DNA of 49,593 nucleotides, filler included, from Catajapyx aquilonaris (lineage: Eukaryota), in assembly GCA_000934665.2 (NCBI GenBank). It is 3 parts of 3 records of this genome, joined end to end, with 100 filler letters (N's around TTAATTAATTAA, not from the genome) between each part and the next. Parts side by side here need not be neighbours in the genome. Positions count along the whole stretch, not along the records: positions 1 to 16,465 come from JYFJ02007194.1; 2 more parts are not named here. The stretch is one strand, 5' to 3'. The notes beneath the pieces were generated by a model. The model did no database searches. It saw only the letters and a program-made list of their open reading frames with translations, and was not told the origin of the DNA. Positions 1-12,000 of this stretch are shown piece by piece. Numbering within the stretch: the stretch's first letter is position 1; each line of letters opens with the position of its first letter. Both the position numbers and the translations under genes were made by a program.

Positions 1-612
1 TCTCATTGCTTTCAACAAATCTGATCCAACATGTTCAAGCTTTGGCTCACCATTGTCGCAATACAAACAGACAGTTCGTAGCGATATGTTTGAGCTGCTT
101 GAGTTGACATGAATCGCCACTTTGAACTTTAACTTACTGAACGGTGATGTCCGGAGGTAGTCGCTGTTGGTGTCCTTCCTGGCCCAGATTAAGAACAAGT
201 CTTTGGCTGGACGGACTGCCATCAACCCATGGTCACGCACATAATCATTTACAGTGGAGTTCACTATCTGGACGCATGACGTAAAGAAGTGTATGATGCA
301 CGCTGATCTGTCGGAAGGATCAGGTTCTTCTAGACTAGTATCCCAATCCTGGTCAGACACGCCGGTGCAGTTCAGGTACGACCTTTTCGCTGTAGTTGCG
401 ACAAGCACTGGTCTTCCTAGTTGCTCCTGGTTGACCAGAAGTTGTTGCAACCCTTGAGGGAATCCGTAGGCCACGTCATGTCCCAGAACAAGCGGACAGT
501 GCAGAGGAAAATGCTCAGTGTTTTGTAGCACGCTTGTTAAGTATTGGGACAGCTGATCCACTTGGTTGTCTCTGATTAGACTCATCAGAGCAAGGCTGAT
601 CATCCATGCCAT
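1..612 (-). CDS. Divergent ionotropic receptor (IR), 5' part; tandem paralog of 4835..6718, continues off the left edge
   Basis: ATG at 612-610 (MAWMISLALMSLIRDNQ...). 1..612 aligns with 6107..6718 at a constant 6106-bp offset with about 9 substitutions and no indels by eye. Confidence 0.85.
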   Translation of the reverse strand, partial: MAWMISLALMSLIRDNQVDQLSQYLTSVLQNTEHFPLHCPLVLGHDVAYGFPQGLQQLLVNQEQLGRPVLVATTAKRSYLNCTGVSDQDWDTSLEEPDPSDRSACIIHFFTSCVQIVNSTVNDYVRDHGLMAVRPAKDLFLIWARKDTNSDYLRTSPFSKLKFKVAIHVNSSSSNISLRTVCLYCDNGEPKLEHVGSDLLKAMR

Positions 613-980
613 TGTCTCGTTCTCAGTTGATTCTGATTATTACTAGTTAATCCGTTGCCAAAGCCTGGCTGAGCGGAGATGATAGCTCTCTCCAGACAAA
701 CTGGGGCACAGAGACACAAACACAAGCCAATTGTATGCATTATACCCGGCAACTGCCTTGCTGAAACCACTTATTATGTGCATAGTAGTTCATATGGGAT
801 GGTCCTGCATGTTGGACTAAGATATTCGACGAGCCAGATGAGTGACAGTCCTCAGTTACACCCGCACTGTTGTTGTGTCACAACCAGAATAACGAATGAG
901 ACTTATGCCTGGATAAGCCAGGTAGGGCATTTCTTTCTCGGAAAACCATTGGCATGGTGATACCAATAGTTCATACGTCA

Positions 981-2802
981 CACCAAGAGCTAATAACTGG
1001 GAATCTCCAAGTGCCCTATCCCTTGCATATAGCTGTGTTCCTCATCTTCTGTGTGGAACTGGCTACTCCCCGTTTGAAGGCCGTTTGAAGGTGCCTCAAT
1101 TTACACAGTAGAGATACATGGGACAAACCTTGGCTATGTCAAGAGAAGCGAGTCCCCCCACCACCTCCACCAGCCGGGTGCACTAGACGTGTTAGATAAA
1201 AAACTGCGTGTTTTTGATTCTTTTTAATCGTTGGCAAAACTGAAATAAAAATCAAAGACAAAGATAAAAGTGCATTTTTGACCTACCTAGACAGGTATAT
1301 GTGTCACTCTCTCAGGATTTATGGCTGTGACTGCTGTTAATCATACTTGGTAAAAATTCACAAAATTTGAAAAAATTTGTAGGGGAGTGAGAATTTTTGA
1401 ACATTTCCGTCACTTTCATTTCATGTTGCGCTCGGCAGGAAAGTGACGGAAAGTTTAAAATATCTCACTCGGGTAGGCCTATAGATTTGATTTGATTTGA
1501 TTTTTGTGGATTTTTTTTTTCATGCTCGGCGCATACCGGTTTCTCTTGTTATAAGAGAGAGAGAGAAAACTTGTAAGTGTCAGTTCGTGACTGTCACCTT
1601 TATTTATTTATTTTTATAGTTGAAAATGTAGGGTTTTGCTGATTTTTACGAGACAAAACAATATTAAAATCTCCACATCCGTGGAACCTAGGATGACTGT
1701 TCCCTTTTTGTTTTATAGCGCTTTGAATACTCTTTATATCGTGCCTTACACTTTTCATTTGTATTGTAAGTTTAGGCTTGAGAAATAAAAAACCTCTGGA
1801 TGGGGGTGGTCCTAAACTTTCGTGAAGGGCTGTATTTTGAGGGGAAATGTTTGGCGGTATCCACAATGAATTACAGATTCACTATGATGCAAATAAAACT
1901 CGCCTCTTCCACTCATGTTTCAACCCACAACTTTAGGTCCTCATTTAACTCATAAAGAGGCCTTAAGGATAACGTAACCAAATGTGGCACAAACTTCGAA
2001 TTGTTTCGAACAAAAATTCATAAATTCTTATGGCACATTATTTACGAAGGGTTTAAGTTATGGAGCAGTTCGTGATAATAGTCCAAGTGTTTAGACTTTA
2101 GACCCCAACAGTATTAGTGATGTATTTGCATAAGAGCAGCCATATTTGGTGACAGGAGTTGTGACCCATACAAGATCCAATATTTTCAGTTTCGATCCTG
2201 GGTCATGCATGGCTCACAAGCTAAATAATAGATATGTTTGACGAATTACCATTAATTTTAATGGAAATAGCGATAAATTTCCATGGACAAATATCGTGTT
2301 GCATAGTGTTTTCATCTTCATGTAGTCCTCCTTTCCATAAGTCATTTGCCCTTGCCATTCACATTCTGGTAGACTATGTCGTCCCCGTGGGAAAACATTT
2401 CCGCCACTCTTTTATGGCCCAGGCTCGATTTGTGCAGATTGACAGGGTCCTACAGTGGACAGTTGTGAGACCCCGGGGTTTATCTTTGACGTCAAGCTCC
2501 CCTTCCCTCCGCACTTCATTCCCCCAGGCTAGCACATGGCCCTACCAGTATGGGCAGGGGTGTCAAAGTCCAGGAGCCCTGGGGCCTTTCTTTGGACCCA
2601 CCCCAACCCAAGGTGATAAGTGAGGAGCAGAAAGAGTTGACCCCCCTGAAGTAGACACGCCTCTGTGGGAGGGACAAACCTGACCTACATGGTTCGGCCT
2701 ACTCGCACCAGAGGGAAACCAATCGCGACACTTCCCAACTCATTCCGAGGTGTAGTCAAGGCAAAGGACTTGTCACATGCTCTCAGTTATTAGCTCTTGG
2801 TG
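981..2802. mobile_element. Non-autonomous TIR DNA element with CAC termini (CMC/CACTA-like), ~1.8 kb
   Basis: Perfect 19-bp TIRs: CACCAAGAGCTAATAACTG (981-999) and CAGTTATTAGCTCTTGGTG (2784-2802). The paralogous empty site GGTCACACTAACTGAAATC is at ~7082-7100. No transposase ORF. TSD ambiguous (at most 1 bp as read). Confidence 0.8.
1385..1470. repeat. Imperfect inverted repeat (~32-bp arms) inside the TIR element
   Basis: GAGTGAGAATTTTTGAACATTTCCGTCACTTTC ... GAAAGTGACGGAAAGTTTAAAATATCTCACTC. Confidence 0.75.
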
Positions 2803-3866
2803 ACACTAACTGAAATCATGGATCACTGTGCATTTCAGAAATTTCTAATTACATGTTACATATTAGATCCCCAATGGTAATTCAGCAGATCGGGGTATTT
2901 TGCAGTGCATAATTATTTTGATAAAATAATTGTCAGGGAAGCCTTCGTCAAGCTGCCTACAAGTCGTTTACAACATGCTTTCAGCAAGGCTTATTTTGTT
3001 TGCTTCATAAAAGTAATTTTTAATTTTCTTTTAAGCTCTCAACCAAGCTGAGAACACCGAATCAACACAAGATTGTAATTAAGGAAGTGCTGACCGATGG
3101 CGTACTGCAGTGAGCACTGGATGCAGAGGCGTTCAGTGCAAGGCAGGTTGACCAAACCAAACTTCAAATCAAAGCCGGTAAAAAATTATGTGTGTCTCAA
3201 AAGGGTTTGGTGTTGGATACATTAAAGTGATTTTTAAGCATTATTATTCATGCCGTAATGATTGAAATTCATTACTGATGTAACATTTGCTAATGAAAAT
3301 GGCAGTGAACATCCACAGTACATTTGTTGCAACCATGCTGCTTAACTCTCCTGTACCCCCAACCATCATCTTATAGTTTCAAACTGTCTGCTGACCATTC
3401 AAACTTGGCCTAGAAAACTGACATATATCCAGCAGATATCTAGTGTCTAGCTTAGTAAGAACGAAGAGACCACATTTGATCGAACTCCACCATTCCCTCG
3501 ATATTAATTAGGTTCACGGGGCGCTAATCAGCCATTATATTGCACGATGTTGGATTATGTGGTTTTAAAGAAAAATTGCATGCTTCCTGATGTGCTTAAG
3601 ATACAAATTATTATTTGCAGGTGAATCACCGGTTTCTTTCGTTTCGGCGGCTCCTCCTATGTGACCATTGTGCTGCATCCTGCGTAAAGACGAAGGATCA
3701 GGAGGATCACATGAAGAAGAAAGAGGCTGGTGTAGGAAATTGAAATGTGAGTTTGCTTTCAAGGGGAATTACATTGTAATTGTTTCTGTGCTGTCTATAA
3801 GGATCCTCCTACATAAGATTTGTATGACGAAGAGGTGCAGAGTAGTGTTAATTGATATATTGTTAT

Positions 3867-4276
3867 GAGCGATTTCCCAAAACAAGTTCAGTCCATTTGC
3901 AACATTTTTCAGGAGAGAGAAAAAACTGTCTATTTCAAAACCTAGTAGGTTTTAGCATTTCATCTTTGATATGTTCTGCGTCTAATCTGCCGCACTTTTT
4001 CATGGTATTGTGTGAGAAAATCATAGTATTGTAGGGACAGAAATGGGGTCATTTAAATTCCAAAATCTGGACTGAACTCGTTTTCGATGAGACAGGTCGG
4101 AAATATGAACTTGTTCTGGGAAAGATCGCAAACTTTGGAGCCCTGTTCCGAGCAAACGGAACGGATTTTCGGAGTGCCTGTTCGACCTAACCGATAGATC
4201 TGGGTATGGGCTACAAGGCTGTGGGCATAACTCATTTTCGGCAAATGTGGACTGAACTTGTTTTGGGAAATCGCTC
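3867..4276. mobile_element. MITE, 410 bp, 29-bp TIRs starting GAG (possibly Sola-like)
   Basis: GAGCGATTTCCCAAAACAAGTTCAGTCCA at 3867, with its reverse complement ending at 4276. Degenerate internal TIR-like copies at ~4068-4130. Flanks TTAT/TTCA give no clean TSD. Superfamily is a guess from the terminal GAG. Confidence 0.75.
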
Positions 4277-4379
4277 TTCATTTTGTTGATGTAAGTTGAT
4301 TGTTAAGGCCAGAGTAGGGAGAAGTTTCGGGGAATATGAGTGTTGTGGGAGTTAGGTTCATTTTCGGAAGCTGAAACAT

Positions 4380-4512
4380 GCGGCGTTAGATTCCTTGAAA
4401 AATGTGACCCCCGATATGCTAGTTTAAGGCGATGTATGGGCCTTGATCCCCTGGATTTCTATAAGAGACAAACAAACTCACAAACAAACTCATTTATAGA
4501 TGTAGATAGATG
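4380..4512 (-). mobile_element. Possible non-autonomous Helitron-type 5' end remnant
   Basis: Minus strand reads TCTATCTACATCTATAAATGAGTTTGTTTGTGAGTTTGTTTGTCTC, the TC-(TA-rich)-(GTTT)n pattern typical of arthropod non-autonomous Helitrons. No matching 3' end identified. Confidence 0.35.
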
Positions 4513-4834
4513 AGTGACACACACTGACAGTTATGAGGAACACCCATACATTTGTGCCACGGTTGACCAGAACATGTGTTAAATTGATTCTGGGTGGATA
4601 CAGGGTGGAGACACGAATGATCCTGCTGATAAGTATTGAGTAGATTGGTGACGTATGAGTTGCTAAATTATTGCAGGTATTCTGACGCAAGAAACCGTTG
4701 TTGTGGAAATGAGAATAGTGACACTTCGATGGCCCTGGTGTGGATTAAGGCAGATATAAAGGAAAATTCTGCACTCTATGATTGTGCAAGTACATTTGCT
4801 TGTCAAATTTAACAAAATGCCATAGTGCAAATTC

Positions 4835-6718
4835 TTACAGCGATTTGACAGTTTGAGTACGTTTCAGGCAACAGTGACACTTCTTTCTCTTCACTGTCAC
4901 TTCCACAGCAAATGCGATTAATCCCGCCAGGAGTCCTTCCAGCAGGATAGCAAATCCGCCTTTCAATATTTCCAGTGTCAACTTGGTCTCTCCTTCTCTG
5001 TGAGACGTGGCACAGTACTGCCCCTTTTTAATGGCAAAATCCAGAGACCTTTGGTGATTATACAAGCTCTTAATCCTTTGTTCTATGCCGATAGAGTTGT
5101 AGACATACATCTTCCTGTTGAAATTATCGCCTTGCAATCCCCACTTTGGAAAAACCATCGAGTTATATATGGAAAACAAAGTGTAGTCTGAAATACTAAA
5201 CATGAGACCACCTTTGTCATCACGGCAATGTTCTTCAGCCACATGCAGCATATAGTATGGTATTCCAAAGCACACTTTGTCGCCTGTTAGAACCTTTTTA
5301 ACACAATCGTAGTGACTGTCCACACCTTCAGCTTCATTAAAAACATATGCCAAGTCATCATCCATTGATGTGTCCGTAAAGTCCAACAAATAATGAGCAT
5401 GGTCTAGTTCAAACTGGTTAGCGAATATCTTGAACCCATTGTCTCGTATTTCCTTCACATCTTTGGGCAACTCTTCCTTGGGTGGTGCAAGCAGCAGAGA
5501 GAGCACTTTTCCTTTGTAAGCCACCAGAATGTAGAAGGCAAATATGACCCAGAAGATAAACACAACCCGTATCGAAGAGGGTTTTGGCCACTCTCTATAT
5601 TGATCCACCAAAATCATTGCCATCCGGACAGCCTGAGACTTGAACTTCATGTTTTTGTCTAGTTCATCTCCAAAAGTACCGCCAATTTTGCCAATTATTG
5701 TGGAAATTCCGGCTGTTACGAACACTGCAGCGCATATTGCAACCCAGCATATGGCATCGTAAGCATTCAGCAGCACAAGGAAAGTCACTTGCTCCTTTGG
5801 TACCCGGTGGGCGAATGTGATTCGCCCCTGGTAGTGGTACACTATGTAGTTAAACGCTTGGAAAAGCTGGTGAGTAAGTGTAAGAGAAGGTCCGAAATGG
5901 TATGTGCTTCCAATTTTCCCAACAATTTCCTTCACCACATCTTTTTTTGACACATCGACCAACTTCCATGTGAAATTAAGTGCACTTTGCAAGTAGCAGA
6001 TGTGCTGAATGCCTCTCTCGGACCAATCAGCACAAGCAGACTGATTCATGTTTCTGGTGTACGCTCCAACTAGCTCTTTTCCATTGAAGTTGTCAGTGTC
6101 AGCCAGTCTCATTGCTTTCAACAAATCTGATCCAACATGTTCAAGCTTTGGCTCACCATTGTCGCAATACAAACAGACAGTTCGTAGCGATATGTTTGAG
6201 CTGTTTGAGTTAACATGAATCGCCACTTTGAACTTTAACTTACTGAACGGTGATGTCCGGAGGTAGTCGCTGTTGGTGTCCTTCCTGGCCCAGATTAAGA
6301 ACAAGTCTTTGGCTGGACGGACTGCCATCAACCCATGGTCACGCACATAATCATTTACAGTGGAGTTCACTATCTGGACGCATGACGTAAAGAAGTGTAT
6401 GATGCACGCTGATCTGTCGGAAGGATCAGGTTCTTCTAGACTAGTTTCCCAATCCTGGTCAGACATGCCAGTGCAGTTCAGATACGACCTTTTGGCTGTA
6501 GTTGCGACAAGCACTGGTCTTCCTAGTTGCTCCTGGTTGACCAGAAGTTGTTGCAACCCTTGAGGGAATCCGTAGGCCACGTCATGTCCCAGAACAAGCG
6601 GACAGTGCAGAGGAAAATGCTCAGTGTTTTGTAGCACGCTTGTTAAGTATTGGGACAGCTGATCCACTTGGTTGTCTCTGATTAGACTCATCAGCGCAAG
6701 GCTGATCTTCCATGCCAT
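4835..6718 (-). CDS. Intronless divergent ionotropic chemoreceptor (IR, iGluR-derived), 627 aa
   Basis: Single ORF with IR layout: FNGKEL at the start of S1, LNFT motif, TM1 (LLNAYDAICWVAICAAVFV), pore region, TM2 (SIRVVFIFWVIFAFYILVAYKGKVLSLL), S2, and TM3 (KLTLEILKGGFAILLEGLLAGLIAFAVE). Confidence 0.92.
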   Translation of the reverse strand: MAWKISLALMSLIRDNQVDQLSQYLTSVLQNTEHFPLHCPLVLGHDVAYGFPQGLQQLLVNQEQLGRPVLVATTAKRSYLNCTGMSDQDWETSLEEPDPSDRSACIIHFFTSCVQIVNSTVNDYVRDHGLMAVRPAKDLFLIWARKDTNSDYLRTSPFSKLKFKVAIHVNSNSSNISLRTVCLYCDNGEPKLEHVGSDLLKAMRLADTDNFNGKELVGAYTRNMNQSACADWSERGIQHICYLQSALNFTWKLVDVSKKDVVKEIVGKIGSTYHFGPSLTLTHQLFQAFNYIVYHYQGRITFAHRVPKEQVTFLVLLNAYDAICWVAICAAVFVTAGISTIIGKIGGTFGDELDKNMKFKSQAVRMAMILVDQYREWPKPSSIRVVFIFWVIFAFYILVAYKGKVLSLLLAPPKEELPKDVKEIRDNGFKIFANQFELDHAHYLLDFTDTSMDDDLAYVFNEAEGVDSHYDCVKKVLTGDKVCFGIPYYMLHVAEEHCRDDKGGLMFSISDYTLFSIYNSMVFPKWGLQGDNFNRKMYVYNSIGIEQRIKSLYNHQRSLDFAIKKGQYCATSHREGETKLTLEILKGGFAILLEGLLAGLIAFAVEVTVKRKKCHCCLKRTQTVKSL

Positions 6719-7207
6719 TGTCTCGTTCTCAGTTGATTCTGATTATTACTAGTTAACCCGTTGCCAAAGCCTGGTTGAGCGGAGATGATGGCTCACTCCA
6801 GACAAACCGAGGCACAGAGGCACAAACACAAGCCAATTCTATGCATTATACTCTGCAACTGCCTTGCTGAAACCACTTATTATGCGCATAGTAGTTCGTA
6901 TGAGATGGTCCTGCATGTTGGACTAAGATATGCGACGAGCCAGATGAGTGACAGTCCTCAGTTACACCCGCGCTGTTGTGGTGTCACAACCAGAATAACG
7001 AATGAGACTTATGCCTCGATAAGCCAGGTAATGCATTTCCTTCCCGAAAAACCGTTGGCATGGTGATACCAATAGTTCATAGGTCACACTAACTGAAATC
7101 ATGTGCATTTAAGAAATGTCTTATTACATGTTACATATTATATCCCCAATGGTAAATTGCATGCTTCCTGGTGTGTTTATGATACGAATTATTATTTGCA
7201 GGTGAAT
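6107..7207. repeat. Segmental tandem duplication partner of 1..980, 2803..2880 and ~3573..3626
   Basis: Colinear near-identity with the left copy, which carries two extra blocks (981-2802 and ~2881-3572). Confidence 0.9.
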
Positions 7208-9036
7208 GCTTATGGGGAAGCCCATTATTGCAGACAGTGAATAACAATGAAATTTATATCGTTGACAATTTGGGGTTCAGTGGTGCAACCTTGGACATTG
7301 TGAAGGATAGTATTAGCCCGATCAGTCATTTATCTTTCGTAGACACAGCAACCAGATAACATAGGAACATTATGGGAGGGCAAATGTTTGTCTTTTCAAC
7401 CGCCATTCCCGGTCCTTGAGTGTCTTTGCTCTCATGATAACCAACGATAAGATAAAAAGGGAGCGCTTCCTTTTCAGCGGGTGGGAGTGGAGCTTACATT
7501 TTATACTCACTCGTTAGAAGTACTGAAATCGTTAATTCAACCGGGAGTTATTTCAAAATCGATATCCATTTTGCTGTAGCGTGTGGCAGATCCATTGTGA
7601 CTATAAATTTTCTACTGCAGCATGTCGACCCAGCTGATGACCAGCCGAGGTCAGCCTTGCACGAAACTGGGTGTGCCCGCTCCTGATGGACCAATGGGCC
7701 AACATGGGGAATGCAAGCGGGCACTACCTTGCATTTGGCTGCCGATCATGGCTACTTCCAAGTGTTTGTGGGGTGAAGAGTAATTCCGCAGATCCACAAG
7801 CCATTAATGATGTCCGGATTCAACAATTGGCTATCTCGCAGAAGGCTGTACTCAGGTGAGGTGCGTAATAATTTGAACTTTTTGACAAACATTCGTGCAC
7901 ACAAGTATTACATGAAAACCAAATTTTTGTATGCAGTCTTTAAAGCGGGTTGCATGAAATTAAGCACTTTTGCTTTTCTCTCTGATGAGTGCAAATGACG
8001 TGGCTCGTACTAACAAAATGTAACGGCATTAATTACCTATTCGTTAACAAATTCTTTGCTGGCCAGATCCTCTGACACAGTATGATCCGAAGCTCAGCAA
8101 CAGCCTCTGTTTGTTGGATCAGACGAGAGGTGAAAATTGGTGATTTTGGCCTCAGCACCTTCTTCATTGCGGCATTGTGAGGAAGAGGAATTGGGGCAGT
8201 GATTCATCCAGTAGTCATCGTAAACGTCCAGATTGGATCGTGAGGTTGGGACCGAGATGTGCATTTGTGACCAGAACAGATCAAATGATCGGCACCCACA
8301 CTTTATCATTTACAGGGACATTACTCGAAGGACCTGAAACCAGCCGCATGTAGATCCATTGATACAATCATTTCACACAAATAATAAATGGTGACTAAAA
8401 CAGTGAATCCGAGCACAATTTTTAAAAGATCCAAATGACAATCGGTCATTACCAATATGATGGCAACAAACTTGACGTCATTTAGGACTTTTCAAAATTG
8501 CGCTACATGTTTTTTCATATGCCTTTTGTCCCTGGACGCCACTTTTTACAGTGCTGTTTTGTGTCTGCGGACTTTATGGTGTACAAACTAAGTGATAGCG
8601 TAGGTGTGCGGCTTATCTTGAGCCTCGAGGCAATGATAGCGAGGTTTATGCATCCGGAGCAAATTTCCTTCTCTATCGCCGTGGACTTTATCAAGCTCCA
8701 AGTGTAGTCTAAACCAACATAAAGATAGTACAACCCACTGATAATGCTTCAAAAACATAATATTATAAAAACATAATATTATTATGAGCTTACAAAACTT
8801 GCAAACGATGACAAGAGTTTCGAAAAGCAGTTTTCGACTACAGATGTTACGAATGGAATGCCATGGAAAAATGTTGACATTTCTAATGAATCAACAGCCG
8901 TTGCGTATGCTGTATTCTCTTGTCACGTGCTGAATGTGTCCAGGCTAGAACGTGCGTTTGAACCCGAGACTGGACAAGGTGGTAAGAAAATAGTTGTCTC
9001 CAAAAATACGGTTCATGTCGGTACACCATAATAAAC

Positions 9037-12000
9037 ATGGGGCATAATAATCAAACTTCCGTTCCTATAGAAACTGTAGAGACACCTAAAAAGGACATAT
9101 CTATAGAAGGAAAGATGCTTGCAGCTAAGAGGAGTCTCCAGGAGAAGATACTGGAAGAATTATGTGCAGATTCCATGAGAAGTCTACGGGTGGTGGAGCT
9201 GGATCATATGCTGTCTCAAAAGGACATCTGGAGACTGGAGATTGCCCGAGCCGCTGTGGCTGTCTGCAAGAAGCGGTTCGTAGAAGTGGAGGAGGAGCTG
9301 GTGGTCGAGGAAGAGCAGGAGGATGATTCAGATCTGTACAGATCGGACTCGGAGGTAACCAGTGACAGCTGGGAACCATTCGATGAGGAGGACGTGTCGG
9401 AAACTGTAGTCAAAGATGAGGTCAGGAGGGTGTCCGACCCGTTTGTAAGACCAGCTGTTGACACCAAGATGGTAAGCTGACCAATCCGGCTTTGATTAAA
9501 CCAATTGCATTAATTACATGAATCAATTATTACAGGTTGACAGGTCTGAGTGGGTGTGGGAGAGCAGTGACCTGGAGGGCTACTACTTCCCCCGACCCAC
9601 AACTAAAGTAAGTGTCACATGCCATAAAAAGATGAGCGCAGAGGTACTTAATAATAATAGTAATCAGATTAATATTAAAGTTAAAGTAATAAATAATTAG
9701 TATTAATAATTAAGGAATTTAGTAAAATTCAAATAATTGTTAATATTGCTAATCAGCAATAAATATTAATTCGTAATGATCCTAACGAATAACAATATTA
9801 CCTAGTAATAAATAATAGGCTACTAATAAATAGGAAATAATAATTAATAATAAATTTATTACATTTCAAATAATGATGCTAATCAGCACTAATTAGTATT
9901 TATTTGTGTAGCCCATACTAATTAGTAATGAATAACAATATTACCTTAATTATACCAATAATTAGGACGTAATGATTAGTATTAATTATTAATTAATACT
10001 CATCATTAGTAATTAAAATTTAAATACTAATTAGTGTGAATTAACTAAATTTATATGCTAATTAGTGTTTATTAATTAAAATTTATATGCTAATTAGTAT
10101 GGATCAATTCTAATTCTAATTCTAATAAGTAAATAATTAATGGCAAGTAGTATGACCTAATAATAAGTAATAAAGGACCCAGCCGATGTTGACAATTAAA
10201 ATTGGAACAATTATGAAAGTTACCTAGCAGTGAAGTAATAAACAGCTGAATAATTAATATTTTTTCCAAATTACAAATAAAGCACTTCTTGTAATTGCTT
10301 TAACCAAAAACGATTAATTCATTAATTCAACTCGATAATTTCATCAGCTAAGTGTTAGAGTAAACGTTTGCACAAGATCCGTGGCTTATTCTTTGCTTGC
10401 GATGAAGGAGGCTCTGCATATCCACTTCCTGGAGGGTGCAGACTCCGACATGCTTGACATGTGTCAGGGCTTCCTCCTGACCCGTGAGGACATGCTGAAG
10501 GTCAAGTACATCATCCTGAGGGAGATCAAGAAGGGGATCAAGTCCAGGGATTACACCACCAAGTGCATCCCGACGAGCATCAGACGACTGCCCACCGGAG
10601 AAGGTAAATTATCTCATTTGGTCGAGAATGATGGCGTGATTTATTGCAAATTTATGTCCTTAGAGATGAAGGGCAAAGTGGCCCTGCTTGACCTGGGAGT
10701 GACGGACTTCCGCGTGATGCTGGCCGACCTGAGTCCAACCTGGGGCGGATCCAGCACCGTTCTTCAGGCGGCACTGTACAAGTCCAGGGTGGTGTCTCTC
10801 CCTTCCGACGTGGTGCCGCTGGTGCCTTTCGAGCCCGTAGTGGCAGAGAAGTCCATTGAGTACGTGGTCGACAGCTTCCTCAGCTTCCTCCAGGAATATG
10901 GGCTCAGCAAGGACGAGCAGCGGGCCGGACTGCCTCTGTGTCTCATCGGAGACTTCCCGTTGGCTCGGAGCACGCAGGTAGGCCCATCAGACTGCAGATG
11001 CGGCTTTTTGGATGATGACTATTGTCTGTAGGTGGTGGGGTACATGGATGGCTGGGCCAAGGGCGTTTGCGAGAGCACGGAGGCTGTGGGGACCGACATG
11101 GTGAGGATGGTGCAGCAGGCTTTGAACCGACGCGGCTTCGACGGCATCCAGGTGACCTTGGTGACCAGCGAGATGGCCGGGTGTCTGGGCCTGGGTGCAC
11201 GGGAGAACCCAGACTGCCGGATAGGTATCACTTTAGGAGCCAGCACCATAGCCTGCTACATGGACTCGGACCCCGGGAAGTTCCAGACCAAGCTTCAGCG
11301 TCGCATGAACCTGCAGCGAAGCAAGTTCCACTTCCTGGACGACTTTGATTTCAAGCTGCCAGGCATCACTAGGGAGAGGGTGATGGAGTTCAGCAACGGA
11401 GAGGATGTGACCTTGCCGTTCGACCAGCTGAGGGACTCGCTGACATCCTACGCACAGAAGCTGTCCGACCAGGATGCTCTGGAGGATCGCAATGAGCAGG
11501 AAAGCCGGACCGGGAATTCCATCCTGGTGGAGGTCGACTGGGGCACCCTGGCCGACAACGGCTGCTTGGACTTCATCCGGACCGACCTGGACATTCGAGT
11601 GGACGAAGAGTCCATCAACAGAGGCTACTACTTGTAAGCGCAATGACTACCCCTGCATGACTGGAAAGTTGACAATTTGACTCCGCAGATTTGAAAAGAT
11701 GGTGTGCAAGCATTCCCTGGCTGAGGTGTGCCGCCTGATGATGATCCAGATGATGGAGAAGGGCCGGCTGTTCAACGACGACCGAGAAGGGTGGGACGTG
11801 CTGCGGCAGCCTGGCTCCTTCCCGCCCCACTATGCTGCGGACTGCGAGTGCGAAACGACCGGATTCTTGTCCAGGTGCCGTGACCTGATGGGCCGGATCA
11901 ACCCGCTCTCCCTCCAGAAGCCCCTCCCGGCTCAAGACTGCCACACCATCATGAAGATATGCCAGGTGGTGACCAGGAGGACGGCATCCATCCAGGCAGC

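Noticed and set aside
679..960. Duplicated 93-aa plus-strand ORF (also 6785-7066) and 67-aa ORFs (254-457, 6360-6563)
   Set aside because: Their recurrence is explained by the recent duplication. The 67-aa ORFs are antisense to the IR CDS, and the 93-aa ORFs show many replacement changes and no motif.
7628..7672. Hammerhead ribozyme-like CTGATGA...GAAAC
   Set aside because: No valid stem II closing pair, and no stem III or NUH cleavage site could be built.
10604..10663. In-frame, stop-free 60-nt stretch as coding sequence in the 216-aa ORF
   Set aside because: It has GT-AG ends and is AT-rich, and removing it restores the hexokinase LPTGEE-x-G spacing. Treated as an intron.
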